A stretch of 64,000 nt of DNA from Planctomycetota bacterium (GCA_036336715.1 JAYZFP010000074.1:18531-82530); one strand, 5' to 3'. Counted from the stretch's first letter, positions 26,397 to 35,707 are shown. The notes: generated by a model from the letters alone, not told the origin. Translations and numbers: made by a program.

Positions 26397-26855
26397 ATGT
26401 TTCCCAGTGAGCCCAGCCAGACCGGAGTCGTGATCGTTGATCATGGTTCCCGAAAAGAAGAAAGCAATCGGCGGCTCGAACAATTTGTCGAGCTGTTTCG
26501 GCGTCGGACGGATTACCGGATCGTGGAATCGGCTCACATGGAGCTTGCCTCTCCCAGTATCGAAGAGGCGTTTGGGAGTTGTGTCCGCACGGGGGTTTCC
26601 TCGATCCTGCTGGTTCCTTTCTTTCTTTTGCCAGGCCGTCACTGGCAGGAAGATCTTCCCCGACTGGCCCGGTTGGCTTCGGAAACCCACGGCTCTGTTC
26701 CCTACATGCTCTCAGCGCCGATTGGTGTGCATGAAGGCCTGGTGGACATACTCCGGGAACGGATGGAAACCTGCTTGCAGCAAGAGGCCGGGGAATATTG
26801 TGATCTGTGCAATGAATCAGCCAATTGCCGCGTTGGCTCGAGTCGACAGAACTGA
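26397..26855 (+). CDS. cbiX: CbiX/SirB-type sirohydrochlorin chelatase (small form)
   Basis: VVIVDHGSRKEESN...LVPFFLLPGRHWQEDLP matches the class II chelatase CbiX pattern (DHGS ... L-x-P-G-x-H). The C-terminus has CDLCNESANC. Confidence 0.7.
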   Translation: MFPSEPSQTGVVIVDHGSRKEESNRRLEQFVELFRRRTDYRIVESAHMELASPSIEEAFGSCVRTGVSSILLVPFFLLPGRHWQEDLPRLARLASETHGSVPYMLSAPIGVHEGLVDILRERMETCLQQEAGEYCDLCNESANCRVGSSRQN

Positions 26856-26923
26856 CGCGGTCCTGTTTGCAAATCCGGAATTCGCGACTGGGCGGGCTGG
26901 AGCGTTTGGCTATCAGGCGGGCT

Positions 26924-27982
26924 TCAGCTGTCTCCCGGCATCTTCATGACGATTTTGATCCCTTCTCCCGACTGCATCAATTTGAATCCTTCCTGGAAGT
27001 TCTGCATCGGGATCTCGTGGGTCACGATCGGGTCAAGGTCCAGTCTTCCGGAGAGAACAAAGTTCTCCATCTGGTACCAGGTGTCAAACATCAGGCGACC
27101 GTTGATGCCGAGTACTTTTGCGCCCTTGAAAATGATTTCATCGGCAAGGTTGAAAGATACGTTGTCCGCCGGAATGCCGAGAAGGGCCGCAGTGCCACCG
27201 TTCCTCAGGCTGCGGAAACCGGATTGAATCGCGGAAGGGTGCCCACTCATTTCCAGCAGAACCTCAGGCCCCTGGTTGTGGGTTGCCCTGATTGCGTCCC
27301 GGACCCAGTCGGAGCGGGCATCCAAGGCCTCGTCGGCTCCCAGTTGCCTGGCCAGTTCCAGCCGCTGGGGATCGATATCGGTCACCAGAATCCGGGCCGC
27401 GCCCGCCGCCTTGGCAACCGTAACTGCCATCAGGCCAATGATTCCCACGCCAGTAATCAGTACCGATTTGCCACTGACACCAGCTGCCATGACGGTATGG
27501 ACGGCGTTGCCCAGGGGGTCGAAAACCGCCGCGATGCGGTCGGGGATATCCGCATGAACAGGCCAGATATTTTCTTCGGGCACGGCCACCCATTGGGCAA
27601 AGCAGCCGTTGCAGTCAATCCCGAGAATATCGACCCGCTCACAGATGTGCCCATTGCCGGTCCGGCAGGGTTGGCAAACGCCGCAACCGATGTGGCCTTC
27701 GGCGCTGACCCGGTCACCCACACGGGCCCGGACGACCGCCGAGCCGGTCTTTTCAACGACGCCAACAAATTCGTGCCCAGTGGTGATCCCGATTTTGACC
27801 CGGCTGGCACTCCAGGGATCCCATTCGTAAATATGTCGGTCGGTTCCACAGATACCGGCGTGGGTCACCCGTACCAGGACGTCCCGGGGACCTGTTTCCG
27901 GTACCCGTGTGTCGGGCGACCAGGTCAATCCGGGCGCGGCTTCGGTTTTTTTGATGGCCAGCATGCTGGTTGCGGTGGACAT
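26924..27982 (-). CDS. tdh: L-threonine 3-dehydrogenase
   Basis: GICGTDRHIYEWDPWS, GHEFVGVV, the structural-zinc Cys cluster GHIGCGVCQPCRTGNGHIC, and GVGIIGLMA. Confidence 0.9.
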   Translation of the reverse strand: MSTATSMLAIKKTEAAPGLTWSPDTRVPETGPRDVLVRVTHAGICGTDRHIYEWDPWSASRVKIGITTGHEFVGVVEKTGSAVVRARVGDRVSAEGHIGCGVCQPCRTGNGHICERVDILGIDCNGCFAQWVAVPEENIWPVHADIPDRIAAVFDPLGNAVHTVMAAGVSGKSVLITGVGIIGLMAVTVAKAAGAARILVTDIDPQRLELARQLGADEALDARSDWVRDAIRATHNQGPEVLLEMSGHPSAIQSGFRSLRNGGTAALLGIPADNVSFNLADEIIFKGAKVLGINGRLMFDTWYQMENFVLSGRLDLDPIVTHEIPMQNFQEGFKLMQSGEGIKIVMKMPGDS

Positions 27983-28115
27983 TTGGCTTCTCGTGGCAGA
28001 TCGCGGATTCTTTTATTTTGGATTGTTTTCCAGTATCATATATCTTTATATTCCAGTTTACAAGATTTTTTTCCATTAAACAAAAGTCGTTCCTGGCGAT
28101 TTTTGCCGATCAAAC

Positions 28116-28703
28116 GTGGCTTCCCAAGCTGAAGAATCCGACCCTTTGGCCCTGCAGGTCTGCGAGCGGGTACGCGCCTTGCGGAAGCAGCACCAATGGA
28201 CTCTGGAACAGTTGGCGAGCCTGTGCGGTGTCAGTCGATCCATGTTGAGCCAGATCGAAAGGGGAGCCGCCAATCCGACGCTGGGTGTTGCTTTTCGGAT
28301 TGCCCAGGCATTTGGCATGAGTTTGGGAGACCTGGTCGATCCAAAGATGGCCGCGGCACGTATCGATGTTATCCGGGCCGACGATAACAACTACCTGTTT
28401 CGTGACGATGCCAACTGCCGGATCCGGACGCTTTCGCCGTTGCACCTGGAAAAGGAGACCGAGTTTTATGAACTCGTTCTCAAGACGGGGGGACGCCTGG
28501 AGAGCTCGCCACACTTTACCGGCGCACGGGAATTCCTGACCGTACTGAAGGGGAATCTCAAGGTGACCGCGGGTTCGGAAATGATCGAGCTTTGCCGGGG
28601 AGACTCCGCCCATTACCCGGCCGATGTGCCTCACCAGATCGATAACAGTGGACGCGGCGAGGCGATTGCGTTTCTGGTCAATACCTACGAGAGAACCAAC
28701 TGA
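28116..28703 (+). CDS. XRE-family HTH transcriptional regulator with C-terminal cupin domain
   Basis: GTG start. HTH LASLCGVSRSMLSQIERGAANPTLGVAFRIAQAFG. Cupin motif GDSAHYPADVPHQIDN. Confidence 0.8.
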   Translation: MASQAEESDPLALQVCERVRALRKQHQWTLEQLASLCGVSRSMLSQIERGAANPTLGVAFRIAQAFGMSLGDLVDPKMAAARIDVIRADDNNYLFRDDANCRIRTLSPLHLEKETEFYELVLKTGGRLESSPHFTGAREFLTVLKGNLKVTAGSEMIELCRGDSAHYPADVPHQIDNSGRGEAIAFLVNTYERTN

Positions 28704-28706
28704 TTC

Positions 28707-30080
28707 ATGAGCCCGCAAATCAAGAAAGTGATTGACCGATCGGACGACCATTCAGCGGACACTGCGGTCAGGGAATTGCTACAGAGACTCTCGCCGCAGG
28801 GAGACATTGTCTCCCCGGCCGGTCGAAAACTGACCGAAGCCGTTTTTGGCGAACCGCTTTCACCTCAGCAAAGTGTGGAGCGGATTTGCCAGGACGTTCG
28901 CGATCGCGGAATTGCCGGGGTGCGCTTCTTTACCCGAGCTTTTGACGGAGTGGAGCTGGATGGTGCCAACCTGCGGGTTTCCGCTGAAGAACTCGAAGAT
29001 GCTCACCGCTCGGCGGAGCCCGCGTTCCTCGAGACCGTGAGGAGGGTTCGTGACAACATCCTGCATTTCCAGCGTGAACTGGTCCCATCTGATATTGAAG
29101 TCGTCCGCCCTCCCGGCATCCGTTTGCAACAGGTTTTCGTTCCCCTTCAACGGATTGGCGTCTGCGTTCCCGGGGGAGCGGCAGCCTATCCTTCTTCGGT
29201 TCTGATGACTGCCGTTCCGGCACAGGCAGCCGGGGTGCGTGAAATTGTGGTAGTCGCTCCTCCAACCGAATTCGGCGCAAACAACCGGGATGTGCTTGCG
29301 ACCTGCCACGAACTGGGGATTGGTGAAGTCTACCGGGTTGGCGGTGCCCAGGGGGTGGCGGCAATTGGCTATGGCTGTGAGGGGATTCCGCAGGTCCAGA
29401 AAATTGTGGGCCCGGGAAACCTCTTTGTGGCGTTGGCCAAAAAGTACCTCTACGGGGAAGTCGACATCGACTCCATCGCAGGTCCCAGTGAAGTGGTGGT
29501 GATAGCCGATTCGACGAGCAATCCGAAATATGTGGCGGCTGATTTGCTGGCGCAGGCTGAGCACTCACCGGGGGCAGCCATCCTGATCACTTGGGAGGAA
29601 GAGTTGCTGGCTGCGGTGGAAACTGAAATCAGGCAGCAGTTGAAGCATCTTTCGCGTGGTGATCTGGCATTGGACTGTCTCAATGAATTCGGGCTCCTGA
29701 TTGGTGTCCGATCCCGAGAGCACGCGTTGGAGCTGACCAACCGGATTGCCCCTGAGCACCTGCATATCGAAATTGATGATGCGCGTGATTTCTTTTCCGG
29801 TATTCGAAACGCCGGAGCCGCTTTCCTCGGGCACCTGACCCCGGTGGCTCTTGGAGACTACGTGGCCGGACCTTCCCATGTTCTGCCTACCGGCGCGACA
29901 GCGAACTGGGCCCATGGATTGAACTCGGCCGATTTCATGAGGAGCATGAGTGTGGTGGAATACGGTATGGATGGATTGCGGGTGGACGGGCCCGACGTGC
30001 AGACGCTTGCCGAAAAGGAAGGGCTGACCGCGCACCGATCGAGTGTCGATATCCGGCTGTCCGGAAACAGCGATTGTTGA
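28707..30080 (+). CDS. hisD: Histidinol dehydrogenase
   Basis: VPGGAAAYPSSVLMTAVPAQAAGV, GPGNLFVALAKK, IAGPSEVVVIAD, AQAEHSP and APEHL motifs. Confidence 0.92.
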   Translation: MSPQIKKVIDRSDDHSADTAVRELLQRLSPQGDIVSPAGRKLTEAVFGEPLSPQQSVERICQDVRDRGIAGVRFFTRAFDGVELDGANLRVSAEELEDAHRSAEPAFLETVRRVRDNILHFQRELVPSDIEVVRPPGIRLQQVFVPLQRIGVCVPGGAAAYPSSVLMTAVPAQAAGVREIVVVAPPTEFGANNRDVLATCHELGIGEVYRVGGAQGVAAIGYGCEGIPQVQKIVGPGNLFVALAKKYLYGEVDIDSIAGPSEVVVIADSTSNPKYVAADLLAQAEHSPGAAILITWEEELLAAVETEIRQQLKHLSRGDLALDCLNEFGLLIGVRSREHALELTNRIAPEHLHIEIDDARDFFSGIRNAGAAFLGHLTPVALGDYVAGPSHVLPTGATANWAHGLNSADFMRSMSVVEYGMDGLRVDGPDVQTLAEKEGLTAHRSSVDIRLSGNSDC

Positions 30081-30095
30081 ACCCCAAACCAAGGT

Positions 30096-31934
30096 TCAGT
30101 CGAGGGAAAACTTCTCAAGGTGGCTGTCACGCAGGTTCGAGTCCGAGCAAGGTTGCTCGGATTTCAGCAGAATGCAATTCTCCAGTACCAGCACGTCCAT
30201 ATCCGTAGCCATGAAGCACCGGTAAGCGTCCTCGGGTGTACAGACGATGGGTTCCCCACGGACATTGAAACTCGTGTTGATGACGACCGGACTGCCGGTG
30301 AGATCGTAAAAAGCCGGCAGGAGCGTGTGAAAACGGCCGTGGCGCTCCGCATCCACCGTCTGAACCCGAGCGGAATGGTCAACATGGGTAACTGCCGGCA
30401 CTTCGGAACGCTTTACGTTCAGAAGATCGATGCCTGTTTTCTGACGCTCTGTTTCGGAAAGCGTGATGCGCCTGGATTTCAGCACATCGGCCACCAGTAA
30501 CATGTAAGGACTGTCTTCGTTTTCCCTCATCGCAAAATAATCGTGAACATGATTTTTGAGAATGGAGGGTGCAAAGGGGCGGAAGGATTCGCGGAACTTG
30601 ATTTTCCGGTTCATCAGGCTCTGCATTTTTGAACTCCTTGCGTCGCCCAGGATACTGCGGGCGCCAAGAGCCCGGGGACCGAACTCCATTCTTCCCTGGA
30701 ACCAGCCAACAACTTTTTCGTCCGCCAAGTGTTCTGCCACCCGCCTGCAGAGTTCCTCTTCGGATTCGCAGTACCGGTATACCGCTGACTGGAGGTCAAG
30801 CTGTTTCCGGATGGTTCCGTTGTCGAATTCGGGACCGAGGTAGGAACCGGATTGCGCGTCCGGGGTTCCGGGGGTTCGCTGGTTCTCAAGCAGCTGATAC
30901 CAGATAAAAAGGGCGACACCCAATGCGCCTCCCGCGTCACCAGCTGCCGGCTGGATCCAGATGCGGTCAAAATCGGTTTCGCGCAACAGTCGACCGTTGG
31001 CAACGCAATTCAATGCCACCCCTCCCGCCATGACCAGGTTCTTCAGGCCCGTGGTACGTTGCAGGTGGTTGGCCATGCGCAGAGCGATGGTTTCGGTGAC
31101 CTTCTGGATGGAGGCGGCGACATCCATGTAGACCTGCGGCATTTCAGATTCACCGGTTCGCATCGGGTGCCCGAACAGGGATTCGAATTTGCGCGATGGC
31201 ATCCTCAGCCCGTGGCAATAGTCGAAGAAGTCCATATTCAGGCGGAAGGAACCATCTTCCTTGAGGTCGAGCATCTCCCTCAGGATATCTTCCTCGTAAA
31301 CCGGTTGGCCGTAGGGAGCCAGGCCCATCAGTTTGTATTCACCTGAATTTACCTTGAAACCGCAGTAACTCGTGAAAGCCGAATACAGAAGTCCCAGGGA
31401 ATGAGGGAAACGCAGCTCCCGCTCCAGTCGGATCTGGTTGCCCCGACCGATACCGGTTGTGGCCGTGGACCACTCGCCAACTCCATCGAGCGTGAGGATG
31501 GCCGCTTCCTCAAAAGGCGAAGGGAAAAATGCGCTGGCGGCATGGGACTCATGATGTCGGGTAAAGACGATCCGTCTCCGGTACTCGTTCTTGAGGTGCC
31601 TGCGAATGACGCGTGGCATGCGGATTTTTTCCTTCAGCCAGACGGGAAGAGCTCTGCAAAAGGAACCGAAACCACGAGGCGCTACGGCGAGGAACGTTTC
31701 GAGCAATCTCTCAAAGGTCGCCAGGGGCTTGTCGTAAAAGCCGACGTAATCGATCTGGTCATGGGAGAGTCCTGCCTTTTCAAGGCAATATTCGACCGCC
31801 CGCGAGGGAAAGGAGGGATCGTGTTTGATCCGCGTAAACCGTTCTTCCTGCGCTGCCGCGACGATACAACCGTCAACAACGATCGCAGCGGCAGAATCGT
31901 GATAGAACGCCGATATTCCAAGAATCGTTGTCAC
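30096..31934 (-). CDS. Carbamoyltransferase (NodU/CmcH family)
   Basis: ILGISAFYHDSAAAIVVDG...AAQEERFTRIKHD, HHESHAASAF, and C-terminal INTSFNVRGEPIVCTPEDA. Confidence 0.88.
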   Translation of the reverse strand: MTTILGISAFYHDSAAAIVVDGCIVAAAQEERFTRIKHDPSFPSRAVEYCLEKAGLSHDQIDYVGFYDKPLATFERLLETFLAVAPRGFGSFCRALPVWLKEKIRMPRVIRRHLKNEYRRRIVFTRHHESHAASAFFPSPFEEAAILTLDGVGEWSTATTGIGRGNQIRLERELRFPHSLGLLYSAFTSYCGFKVNSGEYKLMGLAPYGQPVYEEDILREMLDLKEDGSFRLNMDFFDYCHGLRMPSRKFESLFGHPMRTGESEMPQVYMDVAASIQKVTETIALRMANHLQRTTGLKNLVMAGGVALNCVANGRLLRETDFDRIWIQPAAGDAGGALGVALFIWYQLLENQRTPGTPDAQSGSYLGPEFDNGTIRKQLDLQSAVYRYCESEEELCRRVAEHLADEKVVGWFQGRMEFGPRALGARSILGDARSSKMQSLMNRKIKFRESFRPFAPSILKNHVHDYFAMRENEDSPYMLLVADVLKSRRITLSETERQKTGIDLLNVKRSEVPAVTHVDHSARVQTVDAERHGRFHTLLPAFYDLTGSPVVINTSFNVRGEPIVCTPEDAYRCFMATDMDVLVLENCILLKSEQPCSDSNLRDSHLEKFSLD

Positions 31935-32206
31935 GGGAAACGTTTATTTATTTCAACTTCTTTACTGAATGCAACCTTCATTCTAACCCTTACGCTTTGA
32001 AGCGCCGTTCTGCCGTACGCGCTGAAACTGGGGTGGATCGGCAATCAAGTCCGGTTAAAGCGACTTTTCTGATTACGCAATCAGGAAAAAAAACATCGTC
32101 CCTGCGGCTTGCTTACGTCCGATCTGATTAGCGAGGAAAGGATTTCTCAAATGATGCTGACGGATCAGAGAAGTTTTTTCAACCACGGTAGTAAGTGCTT
32201 TTAAAG

Positions 32207-32662
32207 ATGAAGTCATTTACGACAAAACCGCAAATCCTGGTCGTCGATCCCGATCCTTTGACGCTGACCGCTGTGGCGGCCGCGCTGCATTTGTCGGGGT
32301 ACGAGAGCCATTGCGCCCGCGACAGCGAAGCCGCGTTAAAAGCTGCGGCCGACGAATCCCTGGATTTGATAATCTGCGATACCAAGTTGGAGGGTGAGAG
32401 CGGATTGGATCTTTGTCGCGAAATCAGACTTATGAACGGCAAGGAGGACGTGCCGGTCATGTTTGTCTCATCAAGCCAAGCTGCTGACATCATTCATCGT
32501 GCTCACGAAGCGGGCGGTGCCTATTACTTGAGGAAGCCCTTCGATCCACATGTTCTTCTGGACCTGGTGGAAAAAGCACTCTGGATGCCACATTTGGTTG
32601 AAACCAATCTCAAACAGCATGTGGAGTCAAAACCCAGAGTCAAACTGACACACACTGTTTGA
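32207..32662 (+). CDS. Stand-alone response regulator receiver (CheY-like)
   Basis: ILVVDPDP acidic pocket, phospho-acceptor context DLIICDTKL, and conserved Lys in YLRKPF. There is no output domain. Confidence 0.85.
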   Translation: MKSFTTKPQILVVDPDPLTLTAVAAALHLSGYESHCARDSEAALKAAADESLDLIICDTKLEGESGLDLCREIRLMNGKEDVPVMFVSSSQAADIIHRAHEAGGAYYLRKPFDPHVLLDLVEKALWMPHLVETNLKQHVESKPRVKLTHTV

Positions 32663-32711
32663 AACTGTTTTTCAAAGTTACTTTGTTTTTCCTTACCAGG
32701 AGTTTTCCCCA

Positions 32712-34148
32712 ATGTTGCAACGTACCTTATTTGGGCTGATCGCGGTTGCCTTGATGGCAGCTCACGCCAACGCTCAATGTGGGTGTGGGGACGCCGTTTC
32801 AACTACGCCAGGCGCCGCAGCGGCCGATGGCGGTTGTGGTCCTACCTACATCACACGCAAAGTATGGGTCCCTCAGTGGACAACCGAACAACGTACTCGT
32901 CAGGTGACGAAGTACAAGAAAGAAACCCGCACAAGAACGTATAACGTTACCAAGCGAGTTCCTGTCACCACCCAAAAGGAAGTAAAGTACACCGTACGAG
33001 TACCTTACACCGAAAAAGTTCAGAAAACCTACACTGTTCGCGTTCCCTATACGGAAACGGTTCAGAAGAAATATACGGTTCGGGTTCCCTACCGGGAAAA
33101 CGTTCAGAAGACCTACCAGGTCCGTGTTCCCTACACCGAGAAGGTGACCAAGGAATACACCGTCATGGTTCCCCACAAAGAGCAGCGAACCGGTACCCGT
33201 ACCGTTCGCGTTCCTTACAAGGAAACCGTGATGAGAAAAGTTCGACGCATCAGCGGTCACTGGGAAACCCGTGAAGTTCAGGTTCCAACCCTGCGTGGTA
33301 TGCTGGGTGGACTTGGCAACGGATGTGGTTGTGGCCTGTTCGGTGGAATGTTCAGCGGTTGTGGCTGTGCAAGTGCATGCGACGGCTGTGGAGCTGAACC
33401 TGCTTGCGGATGTGACGCTGCCGATGGTGGCAATTCGGACGCAGATGCCGGTGATAAAGATGGCGAAGCCCATGCTCACGCCGGCAATCACTGCGGATGT
33501 GCTCCCTGCTGCCGAACCATCTGCCGACGAGTTTGGGTTCCGGAAATCAAGTGCTGTGAAGTACCTGTTTGCGTTACCAAGTTCAAGTGTGTTGAAAAGC
33601 CCTACACTTACTGCGTTACCGTATGCAAGCCTGAGAAGCGAACCAAGACCTGCTGCGTACGAAAGTGGAAGTGCGAAACACGAACCCGTAACTGCTGCGT
33701 TACCAAGTTCCGCTGCGAAGAGCGAACCCGTAACTGCTGCGTTCGAAAATGGAAGTGCGAAACCCGCACCCGCGAATGCTGCGTACGAAAGTTCCGCTGC
33801 GAAGAGCGAACCAAGACGGTCTGCTGCCGATCCTGGAAATGCGTTACCGAGCAGAAAACCTGCAACTACACAGTATGTGTTCCTTACTGCGAAACGGAAA
33901 CCTACTGTGTACGGGTTTGCAAGCGGGCCTGCAAGGAAATCAAGATCCCTTGCCTCCGAATGCGATGCTGTAACCCATGCGGAGACGCATGTGGAGACGC
34001 CTGCTGCGGTTTTGGTTCTCGAATGCGTGGACTGTTCCACGGAATGATGAGCAGCCTTTCCTGCGGTTGTGGTTCTGCCTGTGGCTGTGACTCCGGCTGT
34101 GATGCCGAAGGTGCTGCTGCCGAGCCGGCCTGCGGAGCAGAAGGTTAA
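32712..34148 (+). CDS. Secreted YTV-repeat / cysteine-rich repeat protein
   Basis: Signal peptide MLQRTLFGLIAVALMAAHANA. 14-residue YTVRVPYTEKVQKT repeats, CGCG-type Cys/Gly linkers, and 14-residue CCVRKWKCETRTRN-type repeats. This matches the YTV (PF07639-type) family described from Rhodopirellula. Confidence 0.8.
   Translation: MLQRTLFGLIAVALMAAHANAQCGCGDAVSTTPGAAAADGGCGPTYITRKVWVPQWTTEQRTRQVTKYKKETRTRTYNVTKRVPVTTQKEVKYTVRVPYTEKVQKTYTVRVPYTETVQKKYTVRVPYRENVQKTYQVRVPYTEKVTKEYTVMVPHKEQRTGTRTVRVPYKETVMRKVRRISGHWETREVQVPTLRGMLGGLGNGCGCGLFGGMFSGCGCASACDGCGAEPACGCDAADGGNSDADAGDKDGEAHAHAGNHCGCAPCCRTICRRVWVPEIKCCEVPVCVTKFKCVEKPYTYCVTVCKPEKRTKTCCVRKWKCETRTRNCCVTKFRCEERTRNCCVRKWKCETRTRECCVRKFRCEERTKTVCCRSWKCVTEQKTCNYTVCVPYCETETYCVRVCKRACKEIKIPCLRMRCCNPCGDACGDACCGFGSRMRGLFHGMMSSLSCGCGSACGCDSGCDAEGAAAEPACGAEG
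32988..33239 (+). repeat. Six tandem 42-bp coding repeats (YTVRVPYTEKVQKT units)
   Basis: Units start at 32988, 33030, 33072, 33114, 33156 and 33198. The peptide is conserved while synonymous codons differ between units. Confidence 0.9.
33651..33860 (+). repeat. Tandem 42/84-bp coding repeats (CCVRKWKCETRTRN / CCVTKFRCEERTRN units)
   Basis: Units start at 33651, 33693, 33735 and 33777, with a degenerate fifth. Alternating unit types give an 84-bp super-period. Confidence 0.9.
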
Positions 34149-34178
34149 TTCGCTTGACCTTTCTGAAAAAAAACAAAA

Positions 34179-34210
34179 ACGTCGGTCTTCTGGCCGGCGT
34201 TTTTTCTTTT
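34179..34210 (+). terminator. Rho-independent terminator after the YTV/Cys-rich gene
   Basis: ACGTCGGTC / GGCCGGCGT stem (two G-U pairs as RNA), loop TTCT, followed by TTTTTTCTTTTC. Confidence 0.7.
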
Positions 34211-34436
34211 CTTGTCAGCTTTTATCCGGTAGAGGTGACAACCGGGAATTCCGCACGCCTGACAGGAACGCCCCCAGGCTCCGGTCGATTGCCAGCCCAT
34301 CCCTGATCGATGCAGGCCTGTTGCAAAAACGGTACCCGAAAACTTGATTCACGATTCGGGATGCTGAAGAATGGAACGATTATGTGCCAGGTGTTGGACG
34401 TCCTGGAATCACCAGTTGAAAGATAGGATCCGGAAA

Positions 34437-35696
34437 ATGAGCCAACCCAATCGAAGGTTCGTGTTGCAGTCTTCCGCAGCTGCATGCACAGCAGGACTTG
34501 TCACCAACCCGTTGACCTCCACGGCAAGCGGTTCAGCCGCCGCCAACGGGGAAGATCAAACGATTTGCCTGACTAACGCCAATGATTTCTACACTGTGGC
34601 CAGGGGCAAACCCAAACCCCATACGCTCAAGGGCGACGACCTCGTGAACGCCCGCATGACCCCGGAAAGTTGGCAACTTGAAATAGACCACGATACCCGG
34701 AAGGACCCGCCGGTCGTCAGCCAGTTGCCAAGCCTGGAGAAGAGGCTGACCCTTGCTGACGGTTCAGCGATCGACTACGACCAGCTGGTGGAACTGGGTA
34801 GGACAAAAGGAATCAAATTCATCAAGGCAATCCAGTGCCTGAACATCCCGACGCCCTTGGGGCAGGGACTCTGGGAAGGTGTGCCGCTTTGTGATGTTCT
34901 CCGGCTGTGTGGGAAGATCCAGAACGTGAGGCGAGTTTACTACTGGGGATTTCACAACAATGATCCCGAGCAGATTTTTCAGTCTTCCCTGAGTTACACA
35001 CAGGTTTTTGAGACACCGCCTGGCGAATTGCCCGTGTTCCTGGCTTATAAATTGAACGGTGAGCCCATCACTCCTTTGCGGGGAGGACCCGTTCGGGTGA
35101 TTGTTCCCTGGGCCTACGGATTTAAGAGTATCAAATGGCTGCACAAGGTTGTGCTGACGAATGATCCCCGTGCCAACGATACCTATGCCACTCAAAACAA
35201 CGATCCGGATTCTCCTCTCAAAACAGCAGCCTACCTGGACCGTGCCAATCGGAAACAGTTCAACCGCCAGGAAGCGATTGAAATTCGGGGCCTGGTGATC
35301 TCCGGCCTTTCCGGCCTCGACCGGGTGGAATTCCTGGTTCGCAGGAAGGAGAAAGGAGAGCCGTTCCCGCCGGGTGATTCCCGTGAGATTTTGAACGGTG
35401 ACTGGACCGTTGCCAGGATTCAAAAAGCGCCTTCGAACTGGAAGTCGGTCCTGCCTGAAGGGGTTTCCTCAAAGGAGCTTCTGAATTTTGACAGTGAGTC
35501 GGGAGAACCGGCCAGCTGGCCGCTTCGCTACGGGATGACCGGTTGGTCCGCTCGTTTGGAACAGCGCCTGGAACCTGGTCAGTATGAATTCCGGGTGCGG
35601 TCAGTCGATGAGAATGGTTATGCGCAACCGGAACCCCGACCTACCCTGAAGAGCGGACGAAATGAGATCCAGGTCTGGTCATTTAAAGTCACCTGA
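34437..35696 (+). CDS. Molybdopterin-dependent oxidoreductase (sulfite-oxidase family), Tat-exported
   Basis: Tat signal MSQPNRRFVLQSSAAACTAGLV. Moco-domain pattern AIQCLNIP...GLWEGVPLCDVL. C-terminal Ig-like dimerisation-type region. Confidence 0.7.
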   Translation: MSQPNRRFVLQSSAAACTAGLVTNPLTSTASGSAAANGEDQTICLTNANDFYTVARGKPKPHTLKGDDLVNARMTPESWQLEIDHDTRKDPPVVSQLPSLEKRLTLADGSAIDYDQLVELGRTKGIKFIKAIQCLNIPTPLGQGLWEGVPLCDVLRLCGKIQNVRRVYYWGFHNNDPEQIFQSSLSYTQVFETPPGELPVFLAYKLNGEPITPLRGGPVRVIVPWAYGFKSIKWLHKVVLTNDPRANDTYATQNNDPDSPLKTAAYLDRANRKQFNRQEAIEIRGLVISGLSGLDRVEFLVRRKEKGEPFPPGDSREILNGDWTVARIQKAPSNWKSVLPEGVSSKELLNFDSESGEPASWPLRYGMTGWSARLEQRLEPGQYEFRVRSVDENGYAQPEPRPTLKSGRNEIQVWSFKVT

Positions 35697-35707
35697 AACA
35701 CATCCTG

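Noticed and set aside
26825-28132. A 435-aa plus-strand ORF overlapping tdh.
   Set aside because: It is antisense to a textbook threonine dehydrogenase with all zinc and NAD motifs. It has no motifs of its own.
32799-34040. A 413-aa minus-strand ORF antisense to the YTV/Cys-rich gene, together with the 258-aa +2-frame ORF at 33271..34047.
   Set aside because: Both are by-products of the codon-periodic repeats. The translations are low-complexity (G/N/A/V/F runs) with no signal, motif or RBS. The plus-strand frame has a signal peptide, a recognisable repeat family and a terminator.
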